The notes: a model not told the origin generated them from the letters alone. Counted from the stretch's first letter, positions 26,070-36,196 are shown. The stretch: 64,000 bases of DNA from an uncultured Candidatus Saccharibacteria bacterium (GCA_947085855.1 CAMTYB010000001.1:213788-277787), one strand, 5' to 3'. Made by a program: numbers and translations.

Positions 26070-27165
26070 GTGGTTTATCCTTGCGGTTCAGCGCTTTCTG
26101 GTAGTAAAAATAGCCGATCGGCAACTGTACCGCCATACTCAAGACACGATACATGACGATTACTGGAATACTCGTGGAAAGCGGCACGCCAACAGTGGCC
26201 AAAACAGTGGTCATGAGAGCCTCATAGACACCAATGCCGCCCGGCAAGACCGATATAAGGCCAGCAAAGTTAGCAATTGCGTAGGCAATGATCACCGCAC
26301 CAATATTTACGTACTCGCCAAAAGCGATAAATACCGTATACACAGTTGCAATTTCGGTTGCACTCGACAGCATGGCATACACCAACGGCATCTTGAGTTT
26401 GCTGTAATCTTTTTTGAGTATCCGATAATTTTCATGAAACTCCAGGAATAGCTCCCGTACTTTAGCCGTCTTTATGGTCTCAGGATGTTTTGGCCGAATT
26501 AACCGGATCAGCTTGTTGAGCCAGATCGTAATAGTTGTAAAGAACGTATCGATTCGGCGACGATCACCAATAATGTACATCACCAATAGCGTACCGACTA
26601 CCATTAAGGTGCCCAGTACGGTGGCAATAAAGATAACGAGATTACTCGCCTTCCCGGCAACTGCCAAGGCTAAAATTCCGAATAGTAAGATGATTTGGAA
26701 TGAGATAAAGACAGTTGCAAAGCGCATGGTTTGCACCAAGGTTGCCTGGGCTGCCGTGGCGCCCAACTGCTTCATGCGTAAGCTAAAATATGAAAACCCA
26801 GAAACACCTGCACTTGGAAAGACATGGTTTACAAACGTTAATTCCAGCGAAACTTTATAAGCTGAACCATAGCGAATTTTGGTACCCAGGATGTCAAATA
26901 ACCCCTGATAGAGCTTGGCGTAGGTGTGGTAGTTAATGACTTGCCAAAAAATAATGAAGAGCAGTACATAATAATTAACGTTATCGATCTGATGAATAGT
27001 TTCCCAGATTTGATCACGCAGAAAATAAATCAGCAAGACCATCGCCACCAATGTGCCGATGGTTAGAATTAGTCGCCAATTACGACGGCCACTGTCGTGA
27101 CTCTGGTCGTTAGCGCCAACACTCGCACTACTATTCTCCTGTTTGGAAGTCTTTGCCATGTCCAA
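26062..27165 (-). CDS. Flippase-like / LPG-synthase-TM (UPF0104) family membrane protein
   Basis: Polytopic protein of about 8 TM with a charged N-terminus. The overall pattern fits the UPF0104 family. The start may be ATG 27159. Confidence 0.55.
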   Translation of the reverse strand: MDMAKTSKQENSSASVGANDQSHDSGRRNWRLILTIGTLVAMVLLIYFLRDQIWETIHQIDNVNYYVLLFIIFWQVINYHTYAKLYQGLFDILGTKIRYGSAYKVSLELTFVNHVFPSAGVSGFSYFSLRMKQLGATAAQATLVQTMRFATVFISFQIILLFGILALAVAGKASNLVIFIATVLGTLMVVGTLLVMYIIGDRRRIDTFFTTITIWLNKLIRLIRPKHPETIKTAKVRELFLEFHENYRILKKDYSKLKMPLVYAMLSSATEIATVYTVFIAFGEYVNIGAVIIAYAIANFAGLISVLPGGIGVYEALMTTVLATVGVPLSTSIPVIVMYRVLSMAVQLPIGYFYYQKALNRKDKPLV

Positions 27166-27205
27166 CTATTATACGTTATTTATGGCTGTCGATTATACTG
27201 TAGCT

Positions 27206-28390
27206 ATGCAGTTTATTTGTATCCTCGGTCGTCAACCGGCTTTGGGGCGCGCCGAGCTCGAAAGTCGCTTCGGTGCCGACGCCGTTCAAAGCATCCAACC
27301 AGATATCGTTTTGCTGTCTTGTGAAACGCCTCCAAATTTCAATACATTTGGCGGTATTTTGAAAGTTGCCCTGACGTTTGAAGAAATTCCGACCGACAGT
27401 TGGCCTAAAATCAATCGCCATATTGAAGATGGCGTTAAACAACTAATTCCTCTTTTGCCCGAAGGAAAAATTCAACTCGGAATTAGCGCATACTATTTAC
27501 CGATCAACGCCAGCAAATTGAATGCTGCTGCTCTTTCGCTCAAAAAAACCATTAAGCAAGCCGGACGCAGCGTCCGTATCATCCCCAATAAAGAACCGGC
27601 CCTCAACACAGCCCAGGTACTCCATAACAAGCTCACCAAACCAACTGGCCTTGAGATCGTAGCCGTCAAAGCTAGCTCCCCTTCAGTCTTTTTAGGCAAA
27701 ACCATTTGGGTACAAGACATCGAGGCCTACAGCAAGCGTGATCACGGCCGCCCTAAACGCGATAGCCGAGTCGGTATGCTGCCACCAAAATTAGCCCAAA
27801 TTATCCTTAATTTAGCAGCTGGAACAGATATAAGCTCGGCTATGAATCAAAAAACAGTGCTCGACCCATTCTGCGGCACCGGTGTACTGCTGCAAGAAGC
27901 TGCTCTGTCAGGCTATAACGTCTATGGAACTGATCTGGAGCCACGTATGATCGAATACACGAGCACAAACTTTGACTGGCTCAATACCGTCTTCTCTATC
28001 AGTTCTAAGGCTCAGCTTGAAATCGGAGATGCTACCGACCATCAGTGGTCGCAACCGTTCGACACAGTTGCCTGCGAGAGCTATTTGGGACGCCCGTTTA
28101 GCCACACGCCCGACCCTCAAGTACTTAAAGAAGTCATACAAACCTGTAACCTTATTCATAAAAAATTTTTCCAAAACCTAGCCAAGCAGACCCCAAAAGG
28201 TTTTCGCCTGTGCATTGGTGTTCCGGCCTGGCGAACCAAAAGCGGCTTCACTCACTTGCCTGTCCTTGACCACCTCGAGGAAATAGGCTATAATCGAGTA
28301 AGTTTTGTTCATGCTCAAGCAAAAGATTTGATCTATCATCGAGCAGATCAGTATGTAGCACGTGAACTAGTTGTCCTCGAACGAATTTGA
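27206..28390 (+). CDS. Putative RNA (guanine-N2-type) methyltransferase, UPF0020/Trm11-like
   Basis: N-terminus ILGRQPALGRAELE, GMLPPKLAQIILNLA and SAM motif LDPFCGTGVLLQEA. ATG 27206 is preferred, because the ORF extension to 27143 overlaps the divergent gene. Confidence 0.55.
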   Translation: MQFICILGRQPALGRAELESRFGADAVQSIQPDIVLLSCETPPNFNTFGGILKVALTFEEIPTDSWPKINRHIEDGVKQLIPLLPEGKIQLGISAYYLPINASKLNAAALSLKKTIKQAGRSVRIIPNKEPALNTAQVLHNKLTKPTGLEIVAVKASSPSVFLGKTIWVQDIEAYSKRDHGRPKRDSRVGMLPPKLAQIILNLAAGTDISSAMNQKTVLDPFCGTGVLLQEAALSGYNVYGTDLEPRMIEYTSTNFDWLNTVFSISSKAQLEIGDATDHQWSQPFDTVACESYLGRPFSHTPDPQVLKEVIQTCNLIHKKFFQNLAKQTPKGFRLCIGVPAWRTKSGFTHLPVLDHLEEIGYNRVSFVHAQAKDLIYHRADQYVARELVVLERI

Positions 28391-28427
28391 GACACCAAAT
28401 ATAAGATTTAGTTAATTAAGGAATAGT

Positions 28428-28700
28428 ATGTCAAAAGTTAAAGCAGGTGGTGCATCCAAGAACGTCCACGACAGTCCCGGTCAGCGACTTGGCGTCAAGC
28501 TATTTGGCGGCGAAAAGGCTAAGGTCGGTCAAGTTATTGTTCGCCAAGTTGGCATGACTAAGCGCGCTGGTCCTGGCACCAAAATGAGCCGTAACTTCAC
28601 TATCCACGCCGACAAAGATGGCGTAGTCACCTACACTACTCGCAAGGTACGTACCTTCTCTGGTCGCACCGTTCGTCGCGTCGAAGTTAGCGTTGTCTAA
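28428..28700 (+). CDS. rpmA: 50S ribosomal protein L27
   Basis: KAGGASKNVHDSPGQRLGVKLFGGE...IVRQVG. AAGGAA SD upstream. Confidence 0.92.
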   Translation: MSKVKAGGASKNVHDSPGQRLGVKLFGGEKAKVGQVIVRQVGMTKRAGPGTKMSRNFTIHADKDGVVTYTTRKVRTFSGRTVRRVEVSVV

Positions 28701-28721
28701 GACACCTCCTACAAACACCCC

Positions 28722-29459
28722 TTAAGCAACTCGTACTGTGCGAGTTGCTTTTTCTGTGCCTGCCAGACGATGTTCGCGATGCGCACGTACCAGTGATTTT
28801 CGCAAGAAACCAGGTGCCACTGACCACGTACCCACCTCATCAAGCGGTGAGGAGTTTTTTGGGCGCTCACTTGGCCAGCCTGTTGCCGACACCAAGGAGA
28901 GTAGTCCATTTTTATGCTGCAGACTCTGGACCCTAATATCACCGTCTCCCCGATCAGCCCAAATTTTGAAGTGGTGACCTTCGAATTTCAGATCAGGTAC
29001 AAGCTGGCTTTTGCCACCAAGAATTAAGCTAGCACCAGGATATAAACAGCCTACGAGTTGCGTCTCTTTCATGTACGGATCTTCGTTTATTTTAGTCACA
29101 AATGCCTGCCCATTGGCATGCAAACCACTCCCGTATGCCTTAGACAAACCAAAACCCTGGGTACCAGCATAGATAATTCCGTATAAGATCTGTCGCATAC
29201 CGTACTGCGGCATTTCACGCGCAGCCAAGGCAGCATCGGGCGAATTCGGTATGAGTTTCACGTATGGCGCCAATACCGACTGGGCCACGTAAGGCAGTTC
29301 AGTAATTTCATTAAGCAACAACGAACGCCGTTCGACTTCATCTGGCGCCGGAAAACCACTAACAGCGCCTGGCTGTAATTCTAACCGACTATTTGGCTTC
29401 ACCTGTGACCCTCGCCCGTTTATCTTTTTTTGAGGTTCACTTTCACAATAGCTCACCAA
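28722..29459 (-). CDS. Hypothetical protein, 245 aa (start uncertain, TTG/GTG)
   Basis: Only long ORF in the interval. There is no ATG near the 5' end. The last ~11 codons overlap the rpmA terminator hairpin. No family recognised. Confidence 0.4.
   Translation of the reverse strand: MVSYCESEPQKKINGRGSQVKPNSRLELQPGAVSGFPAPDEVERRSLLLNEITELPYVAQSVLAPYVKLIPNSPDAALAAREMPQYGMRQILYGIIYAGTQGFGLSKAYGSGLHANGQAFVTKINEDPYMKETQLVGCLYPGASLILGGKSQLVPDLKFEGHHFKIWADRGDGDIRVQSLQHKNGLLSLVSATGWPSERPKNSSPLDEVGTWSVAPGFLRKSLVRAHREHRLAGTEKATRTVRVA
28724..28755 (+). terminator. Intrinsic terminator after rpmA
   Basis: AAGCAACTCG, loop tactgtg, CGAGTTGCTT, followed by TTTTT. Confidence 0.75.
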
Positions 29460-29508
29460 CTGTGGTCAAGCAATAGAGTTATACAATTTTACAATGCTAT
29501 AGTTCGGT

Positions 29509-29901
29509 TTAGCTCAAGTGGGCTTTAACCCGATCGACAACGTCGGCAATGACAACCTGTGATTTCACCAGATAATCATCGGCACCGAGTGACTGGGCTC
29601 GTTCTTTGTCACTATCTTGGCTGAGGGCAGTCAACATAATGATTTTAACTTTGGCAGTTTCAGGCGTGTTGCGCAGAATATCTAGCACATCAAAACCACT
29701 TACTTTTGGCATCATGACATCAAGCAAAATGAGGTCAGGTTTAGCCTGCAAAGCCGCTTGCAGTGCATCTCCCCCGTTGCTAACTCGGGTAGTCTTAAAG
29801 CCTTCAGCTTGCAAGCGCGTTTGGTAGACATTTGCCAAATTATCGTCGTCTTCGACGAGTAGAATTACTTTATTTGAAAAATCAATATTTGTATTATCCA
29901 T
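29509..29901 (-). CDS. Single-domain response regulator (CheY-like), canonical
   Basis: Motifs LLVEDDD, KPDLILLDVMMPKVSG, IIMLTA and DYLVKS. All phospho-chemistry residues are present. Confidence 0.8.
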   Translation of the reverse strand: MDNTNIDFSNKVILLVEDDDNLANVYQTRLQAEGFKTTRVSNGGDALQAALQAKPDLILLDVMMPKVSGFDVLDILRNTPETAKVKIIMLTALSQDSDKERAQSLGADDYLVKSQVVIADVVDRVKAHLS

Positions 29902-29975
29902 TAGCGCTTATGTTAACACGAAACGACTGATAATGCAAGTGCTCATAGCTCTCGCTTTTTTCCCGATGGGGAGGC

Positions 29976-31526
29976 TCAGACAACCTTGCGGATTTCGGGC
30001 GAGGCGATGTAGAGCGTTGCGGCGTCGGCCTTGATGAGTCCCTGGATGCGCGCGCTGCTCGACGCCGTGGTGCTCGCCTTCGTCGGGGTCCGCATCACGC
30101 CCTGCGGGATCGCAGACAGGAACGACGACGTGTTGGAAACCCAGAACGTCGCGGCGTAGTTAGTGCCGCCAGGCTCGATGTACTGAAGACGCAACTCCTT
30201 CACGTCCGTCCAGGTGCCCTCACCCTTGTACTCGCAACGGGCGTAGCCATGCTCACCAATGGCGAACTGGCTGGCCCGACCGAACCGGAACCAGCGAAGC
30301 TCGCAGTCCGCGCCACTACTAATGACGATCTTCCACCAGTAACCCGGCTTGCCGTCCGCGCGCGCCTCCAATGACGAGACTACAGTTCCGGTGCCGGACA
30401 CGATGTCGAGTGTATAGCCGATCGGGATGTCGCCGCTGATCGAGCCGGGGTCGCTGTTCGTGCCTCCTGCCGTCGAATGGAAGGGGCTGTACTCCACGAT
30501 GTTCTGCAAGTCCGCGCGACTGTGAAGTAGCTCGTTGACGCTGCTGACACGCGGCTCAAGCAGCGTTGCAATGATCGTCCCGATGGCGCGCGCGCCGCTC
30601 TTCGAAGGATGCAGGCTGTCGTACGTCATGCCGGTGCGTGGGGCGCCGTCGTAGTCCGCAAGGCTGCCGAAGGCGTCTACGAGCAGCATCCCATCCGTAG
30701 CCGCGACGTACTCCCTGATCCACTGATTAACGCCGTACAGAACGGCCTTCTGGCCGGTGGTCAGAGTGATGTCGGAGCGAGGCAGAATCGTGAATGCGAG
30801 GACGACCATTCCGACGGCGAGCGCCTGCTCGTACATGTATTCCAGGTCGCCGGTGATGTCCGCGATGGTGCGGTCGTCCGCCAGGTCGTTCGTCCCGCCG
30901 AAGATGCATCCGTAAGCCGCGCCTGACGCGAGGAACGGCGTGAGGCGGGCGCGAATCTCCTGCGTGTTCTCGCTTACCACGCCATCGATGTACGTCACGT
31001 CGAGACGGTCATAGAGCAGGTAGTTTGCCCACGTGAGGTAGCCGTCGTCGGGCTGCGTGTTACCGACCGCGTTACCGGACGGTTCGCAGGCCGCGGTGAT
31101 CGAGTCACCAATCGCGGCAACGGTGTTACGAGGGGCGGCAGCACCGAGCACCTGAGTAGTGCTTGCCACCACAAGCGGAGTTCCAGTATGTGCGTCTATA
31201 GCTTTTCCTGCATCGTTTGAGTCTGTGGATTTGGTAACTACTGTTGTGGGTATTTGCGCAGGAGTCAGGGTAGTACCTGTGAGACTGGCTACACCGTCGC
31301 TAACACCTTTTTGGGACGCAGGGATGGCATTGTCAGCAGCATCCAGACTAGTCTGGATTGCACCAGAGGTTTTAGCTCGAGTGACTGCATTGTCTTGTAG
31401 CTGGTTGGCGCCAACTACGTTGTCTTTAAGAGTACCAGTGTTAGTGTGAGATTGACTGAGGAAGTCGTTGAGGATGTCCCCCCAGGATCCTTGGTCACTG
31501 CCTGGAGTTGGGAGCCTGCTCGCCAT
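29976..31526 (-). CDS. SGNH/GDSL-family hydrolase with N-terminal fibre-like segment and C-terminal beta-rich domain
   Basis: SGNH blocks GDSIT (I), GGTND (III) and DSLHPS (V). N-terminal motif LPTPGSDQGSWGDILNDFL. GAGGAG SD upstream. The 3' ~1.2 kb is ~67% GC against ~46% in the flanks. Confidence 0.8.
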   Translation of the reverse strand: MASRLPTPGSDQGSWGDILNDFLSQSHTNTGTLKDNVVGANQLQDNAVTRAKTSGAIQTSLDAADNAIPASQKGVSDGVASLTGTTLTPAQIPTTVVTKSTDSNDAGKAIDAHTGTPLVVASTTQVLGAAAPRNTVAAIGDSITAACEPSGNAVGNTQPDDGYLTWANYLLYDRLDVTYIDGVVSENTQEIRARLTPFLASGAAYGCIFGGTNDLADDRTIADITGDLEYMYEQALAVGMVVLAFTILPRSDITLTTGQKAVLYGVNQWIREYVAATDGMLLVDAFGSLADYDGAPRTGMTYDSLHPSKSGARAIGTIIATLLEPRVSSVNELLHSRADLQNIVEYSPFHSTAGGTNSDPGSISGDIPIGYTLDIVSGTGTVVSSLEARADGKPGYWWKIVISSGADCELRWFRFGRASQFAIGEHGYARCEYKGEGTWTDVKELRLQYIEPGGTNYAATFWVSNTSSFLSAIPQGVMRTPTKASTTASSSARIQGLIKADAATLYIASPEIRKVV

Positions 31527-31620
31527 ACCCTACACGCTCCTCGCATTAGTACGTAAAAGCTCAATACCAGAGTGAAGATATACTCTTCGGGTTTTTATTT
31601 TATCCCTCATACTGGTTAAG

Positions 31621-31649
31621 ATTATGTGGTAGCGGTTATCTGGTGTCAA
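31621..31649 (-). promoter_or_regulatory. Sigma70-type promoter TTGACA-17-CATAAT upstream of the SGNH hydrolase gene
   Basis: Reverse-strand hexamers at 31649-31644 and 31626-31621. Confidence 0.55.
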
Positions 31650-31707
31650 GATTAAACTACGGAAGACAAAGCTGAATTGTAACCACAACGATTCCGCTAT
31701 GGACGCC

Positions 31708-33315
31708 TCAGACGAGGGTTTTGATGAAGCCGTCAAACATTGGATGCGGGCGGTTTGGACGTGACTTGAATTCTGGATGAAATTGACTGGCCAAGAAGAA
31801 TGGATGGTCAGTTCCCTCAATCACCTCTACGAGATTGTTGTCCGGATTGATGCCAGTTGGCTTGATGCCCCAACTCTCGTACTGATCTCGATAAGAGTTA
31901 TTACACTCGTAGCGGTGGCGGTGGCGTTCGACGATTTCTGGCTCACCATAAACCTTTGCAGCAAGGCTGCCGGCTTCTAGACTACAGTTGTAATTGCCAA
32001 GGCGCATGGTACCACCAGTGTTCTCTTTACCCTTCTGGCCTTCCATAGTGTGGATGACTTGATTCTTACCCTTGGCATCAAGTTCAGTAGTTGTCGCGTC
32101 AGTTACGCCGTTATTGCGAGCTGCTGCTATGACGGCCATCTGCAAACCAAGGCACAAACCAAGATACGGTAGTTTCTCTTTCAGAGCATATTGAGCGGCA
32201 GTGATTTTGCCTTCAAGGCCGCGGGTGCCAAAGCCGCCAGGCACCACTATACCGTCGCAACCCTTTAGTACCGTAGCAATATCTGCATTCGGTGCTTCAA
32301 TTTCCTCAGCTTCAATCCATTTAATGGTCAGGTTGGTATTGTTCCAAAAAGCCGCGCTACGTAGGGCTTCAAATACAGACATGTACGTATCGGTGTTATC
32401 CATGTACTTAGCGACCACACCGACGGTAACCTCTTTATCAAAAGAAGTAGTCGCCTTCTTAACCACTTCGCGCCAATCACTCAGATCAGGCTTGGTGCTG
32501 CGTTCGCTCACGCCGAGCCTGTCGGCGATAACAGTGCCGAGGCCAGAGTCTTCGAGGGTCAGCGGGACTTCGTAGATACTTTTAGCATTTGGTAGCAAGG
32601 CGATTGCTCTTGAATCCACGCCACTAAACAAGCTGAGCTTCTGGATAACACTTTCGGACGCTTGCTGCTCGCTGCGTGCCACCAAAACATCAGGAACGAT
32701 ACCGAAGCCGCGCAGCTCGCGCACTGCATTCTGAGCCGGCTTAGTCTTCACTTCCTGGCTCGCACCAAGGAATGGCAAATAGACCACATGTACAAACATG
32801 CAGTGCTCACGACCGGTGTTAAAAGCAAATTCGCGAATCGCCTCGATAAAGCTGAGACCTTCATAATCGCCGACGGTACCACCGACTTCGATAATATGAA
32901 CGTCAAAACCTTCACCGGCGCGCTTAATTTCTTCCTGCATGGCCTGCGTAACATGCGGAATGTACTGCACGGTTTTGCCGAGATATTTACCGGCTCGCTC
33001 ATCAGCTAGCACCTTAGCCAAGACGCGACCGCTCATCAATGAGCTCGCCTGCGTCAGTTCTTCATCCAAAAAGCGCTCATAATGCCCGAGGTCTAGGTCG
33101 GTCTCGGCACCGTCTCTCGTCACAAAGCACTCGCCATGCTCAGCCGGATTAAGCGTACCGGCATCAGTATTGAGGTACGGGTCACATTTTTGGAGGTTAA
33201 CAGTTAGTCCGCGGGCTTTTAGCAGACGACCAATTGAGGCGGCCGTGATACCCTTGCCAACTCCTGACAAGACACCGCCGGTAACAAAAATATACTTAGT
33301 CTGCTGTTTTCCCAC
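31708..33315 (-). CDS. pyrG: CTP synthase
   Basis: TKYIFVTGGVLSGVGKG and the glutaminase triad region GLCLGLQ...HRHRYE. GTG 33315 is preferred, with AGAGGGAG SD 8 nt upstream. The ORF track extends to 33324. Confidence 0.95.
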   Translation of the reverse strand: MGKQQTKYIFVTGGVLSGVGKGITAASIGRLLKARGLTVNLQKCDPYLNTDAGTLNPAEHGECFVTRDGAETDLDLGHYERFLDEELTQASSLMSGRVLAKVLADERAGKYLGKTVQYIPHVTQAMQEEIKRAGEGFDVHIIEVGGTVGDYEGLSFIEAIREFAFNTGREHCMFVHVVYLPFLGASQEVKTKPAQNAVRELRGFGIVPDVLVARSEQQASESVIQKLSLFSGVDSRAIALLPNAKSIYEVPLTLEDSGLGTVIADRLGVSERSTKPDLSDWREVVKKATTSFDKEVTVGVVAKYMDNTDTYMSVFEALRSAAFWNNTNLTIKWIEAEEIEAPNADIATVLKGCDGIVVPGGFGTRGLEGKITAAQYALKEKLPYLGLCLGLQMAVIAAARNNGVTDATTTELDAKGKNQVIHTMEGQKGKENTGGTMRLGNYNCSLEAGSLAAKVYGEPEIVERHRHRYECNNSYRDQYESWGIKPTGINPDNNLVEVIEGTDHPFFLASQFHPEFKSRPNRPHPMFDGFIKTLV

Positions 33316-33377
33316 GCAGAACACTCCCTCTTCTCGTTTACTGACTGATTTTACCCTATTTTGCCGCTGTTGACCAG

Positions 33378-34664
33378 CTACTGTTTGAGCTTATTGATCG
33401 CAGCATCCTTCTGCGTGTCTCGCTTGGCAGCGACATCGGCATCACTGATTTCAACCTTCTGATCGGGCTCAATGCCCTCTTTATCGATGTTGCGGCCACT
33501 CGGCGTAAACCAGCGGGCAATCGTTACTTTCAGGCTGCCACCATCTTTGAGCTCGCGAATCTCCTGCACGCTGCCCTTACCATAGGTTTTGACACCAATA
33601 ATAGTAGCTACTTTGTTGTCTTTTAGGGCACCAGCCGTGATCTCACTGGCACTAGCGCTACCATTGTCTACTAAGACCACTGTCGGCACGCCTAACAACG
33701 TGGCGTCACCTTTAGCTCGATAGGTCTTTATGAGTTTGTTATCGCGTTTTTCTTCAAGGATAGTCTTGTCGTCCGACAACCACAGACTGGAAAGATTTAC
33801 CGAAGCATCCAGCAATCCACCGGGGTTACCGCGAAGATCGAGTACGACGCCACGGACGTTCTTAGTCTTAAACTCGGTAGCTGCTTGCTGGGCTAGTTCG
33901 GGTGTATCTTCGCTAAAACGACTAATTGTCATTACGCCGATGTTTTCTGGAGTCACCTCCCATTTAACGCTAGGCGTCGTGATTTGCTCGCGCGTAATCT
34001 CAAAGCTCAGTGGCTTGCCATCGCGAATGATGTCCAGTTTTACCTGCGTACCTTTTGGCCCACGAATCTGTTTGACCGCCTCTGTAACGCTTATGTCATA
34101 GGCACTGTTGCCATTGATCTTACTGATGATATCTTTAGCCTTGAGGCCAGCGCGCTCAGCCGGAAAACCAGCAATTGGCGCCACCACTATAATAGCGTCA
34201 CCCTCTTTACTCAATTCGGCACCAATACCTTCAAAGGAGCCGCTGAGCGCCTCATTAAACTCTCGGCTCTCTTCAGCCGTAAAATACTCGGTATACTGAT
34301 CGCCGGCAGCCTCAACCAAGCCTTTTTTCATGCCATCTTCTAGCTTCTGCTTGTCCAACTGCCCATCAAAACTGATCTTCAAGTCTTCATATAACTGATC
34401 GATACCGCTAAAACTGAGTCGTCCGGGGTCATTGTCCTGAATTGAACGCCGAAAGCCGGCGTCCGAACCAAAAGCAACCGTACCGTTACCAATACCCACG
34501 CCCAGAAATAATACTCCGGCCATTAGTACTGCCAGCCCGGTAATCCGCAGGCCGCTCATGGCGCGAGGATTGCGCTTTATGTTTTGCATGAACCCGCTGA
34601 GTCCTCGTTTATTTGTTTTAGCTGTTGATCTAACTGGCAATTTGCCATGCGGTGACTGAGACAA
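33378..34664 (-). CDS. C-terminal processing (S41) peptidase with PDZ domain
   Basis: LDLRGNPGGLL, catalytic GSASASEI and KTYGKGSVQ. N-terminal TM. TTG start preceded by AAAAGGGG. Confidence 0.85.
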   Translation of the reverse strand: MSQSPHGKLPVRSTAKTNKRGLSGFMQNIKRNPRAMSGLRITGLAVLMAGVLFLGVGIGNGTVAFGSDAGFRRSIQDNDPGRLSFSGIDQLYEDLKISFDGQLDKQKLEDGMKKGLVEAAGDQYTEYFTAEESREFNEALSGSFEGIGAELSKEGDAIIVVAPIAGFPAERAGLKAKDIISKINGNSAYDISVTEAVKQIRGPKGTQVKLDIIRDGKPLSFEITREQITTPSVKWEVTPENIGVMTISRFSEDTPELAQQAATEFKTKNVRGVVLDLRGNPGGLLDASVNLSSLWLSDDKTILEEKRDNKLIKTYRAKGDATLLGVPTVVLVDNGSASASEITAGALKDNKVATIIGVKTYGKGSVQEIRELKDGGSLKVTIARWFTPSGRNIDKEGIEPDQKVEISDADVAAKRDTQKDAAINKLKQ

Positions 34665-34744
34665 GAAAAACCCCTTTTGTTCGCTTACTTGTCCCTATTA
34701 TAGCTTATGTTTGCCGAATTTATTGCGTCCGATAAGCTCAATAA

Positions 34745-35890
34745 CTAGAAGTGAATAAATAAGAGGTTGTTCGGCGAAATAGTTGCTTCGCTGTAGGTGC
34801 CGGTTAGACTAACATTGTACTGACTAATGTTGATTGTTCCATTGCCGTTAACTGATTCCACAAACATAACGTGACCCCATGTACCGGCGTTACTGACTGC
34901 AACGGTACCGGCTGCAGGCGTACTGTTCACAGTAAGGCCTTGGGCGCGAGCAGCATTATCCCAGTTATTGGCATTGCCCCAGCCCGAGTACATGTAGCCT
35001 TTGGTTTTCCAAACTTTCCAGGCAGCGTAGCTAACGCACTGGCGATAGCACATACTCCATGGATCAATGTCGTTACCGTAGAAACATGAACCAGCGTGCG
35101 TCCAAGAACCTGCTCGATAATTAGCCCACGGGTAGCCGGATGTGTCAGGCACGCTGCGGATGGTGCCGCCTCGGCTCGAGAATAGGCGCGCGTTTTCGGC
35201 AGCCTGCTGCTTACGCAAGTCGGCGATTCTACCACTGTTAGCCTGCATTTGAGCGTTAAGCTCGTTTTGCTGTGATTGATTCAGAGACAGCAGACGACTA
35301 TTCTCAGCTCGCTGGCCAGCGAGCTGTTTCTGAAAAGCTTGCTGCTCAGCTAACAACTTCTCAACAATACCCTTTTGGGAATTAAGATCGGCTTTAAGCT
35401 TAGTAATCTTGTCGAGTGTGGTCTTGATTTTCTTATTTACACTCTCGCGGTACTGCTGTTTATCAAAGAATTCGCTCAAGTCTTTACTGGTAGCCAACAT
35501 CTCCACAGTAGTAATATCACCCTCTACATACATAGCCTTGATGGTTTCACCGAGGATTTTACGCTGTTTGACCAACTCTTCTTCGGCAGCCTTAATTTGA
35601 GCATTCAGGTTGGCTATTTGAGTCTGGTTATCATTAATCTTAGCCTGCAGAGCATTGATTTCACCTTGCAGACGCGCAACTTCTTGGCTGATGTTAGTCG
35701 CCTCAGAGCCTAGTTGGCTACGAGACTGTTGTTTACGAGCATTTTCAGCATTCAACGCATTGATCTGATCTTGAAAGCGATCAGCTCGCGCCATCGGCAC
35801 ATACGCAGTCATGCCAACAAAAGCAACTATCACCACGAGCAACGACGCGACGCGTAAATAGATTTTGGTGGTACTTGTTTTAGCTGGCAT
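34745..35890 (-). CDS. PcsB-like coiled-coil + CHAP-domain peptidoglycan hydrolase
   Basis: Signal/TM, then ~200 aa of coiled-coil, then a C-terminal CHAP domain (catalytic Cys in YRQCVSYAAWKV, His in WGHVMFVESV). Downstream of ftsEX. ATG 35890 is preferred over 35962. Confidence 0.7.
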   Translation of the reverse strand: MPAKTSTTKIYLRVASLLVVIVAFVGMTAYVPMARADRFQDQINALNAENARKQQSRSQLGSEATNISQEVARLQGEINALQAKINDNQTQIANLNAQIKAAEEELVKQRKILGETIKAMYVEGDITTVEMLATSKDLSEFFDKQQYRESVNKKIKTTLDKITKLKADLNSQKGIVEKLLAEQQAFQKQLAGQRAENSRLLSLNQSQQNELNAQMQANSGRIADLRKQQAAENARLFSSRGGTIRSVPDTSGYPWANYRAGSWTHAGSCFYGNDIDPWSMCYRQCVSYAAWKVWKTKGYMYSGWGNANNWDNAARAQGLTVNSTPAAGTVAVSNAGTWGHVMFVESVNGNGTINISQYNVSLTGTYSEATISPNNLLFIHF

Positions 35891-36196
35891 ATTGATTTTG
35901 TAGGTTTTTGTTTTACGTAATTTCAACAGTCTAATAATAGCATACATAAGCGTGTTAAGCAACCCTCCTGCGCCGCGTTAGTTTACTGTGATAACTCTTC
36001 TCAATTGATGATTTTAGCTGTGAGTTTTAGCTTTCAGATTAGTTTGGCAATGTCTGATTTTCGGATTGATTAAGCGCTTGCCTATGAGCCCTTCCGGGCA
36101 ACAGTAGTTAAACAGATTCGTCATAACGCTTATGTAACAATTTTAACACAGTCAACGCATTCTACGAGCAGCACGTTTGCTCTCACTTTTAATACG

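Noticed and set aside
28722-28755. Treating the rpmA terminator as bidirectional, also serving the convergent 245-aa ORF
   Set aside because: The reverse-strand reading of the hairpin is followed by AAGGGGUG, not a U-tract. The hairpin also lies inside that ORF's last codons.
29902-29975. A terminator or mobile-element boundary at the 3' edge of the high-GC block
   Set aside because: No convincing hairpin with a U-tract, direct repeat or att-like sequence is visible. The composition shift simply coincides with the stop codon.
31530-31820. 96-aa reverse-strand ORF between pyrG and the SGNH gene
   Set aside because: It overlaps the 3' end of pyrG in another frame and spans the promoter and leader of the SGNH gene. 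There is no independent support.
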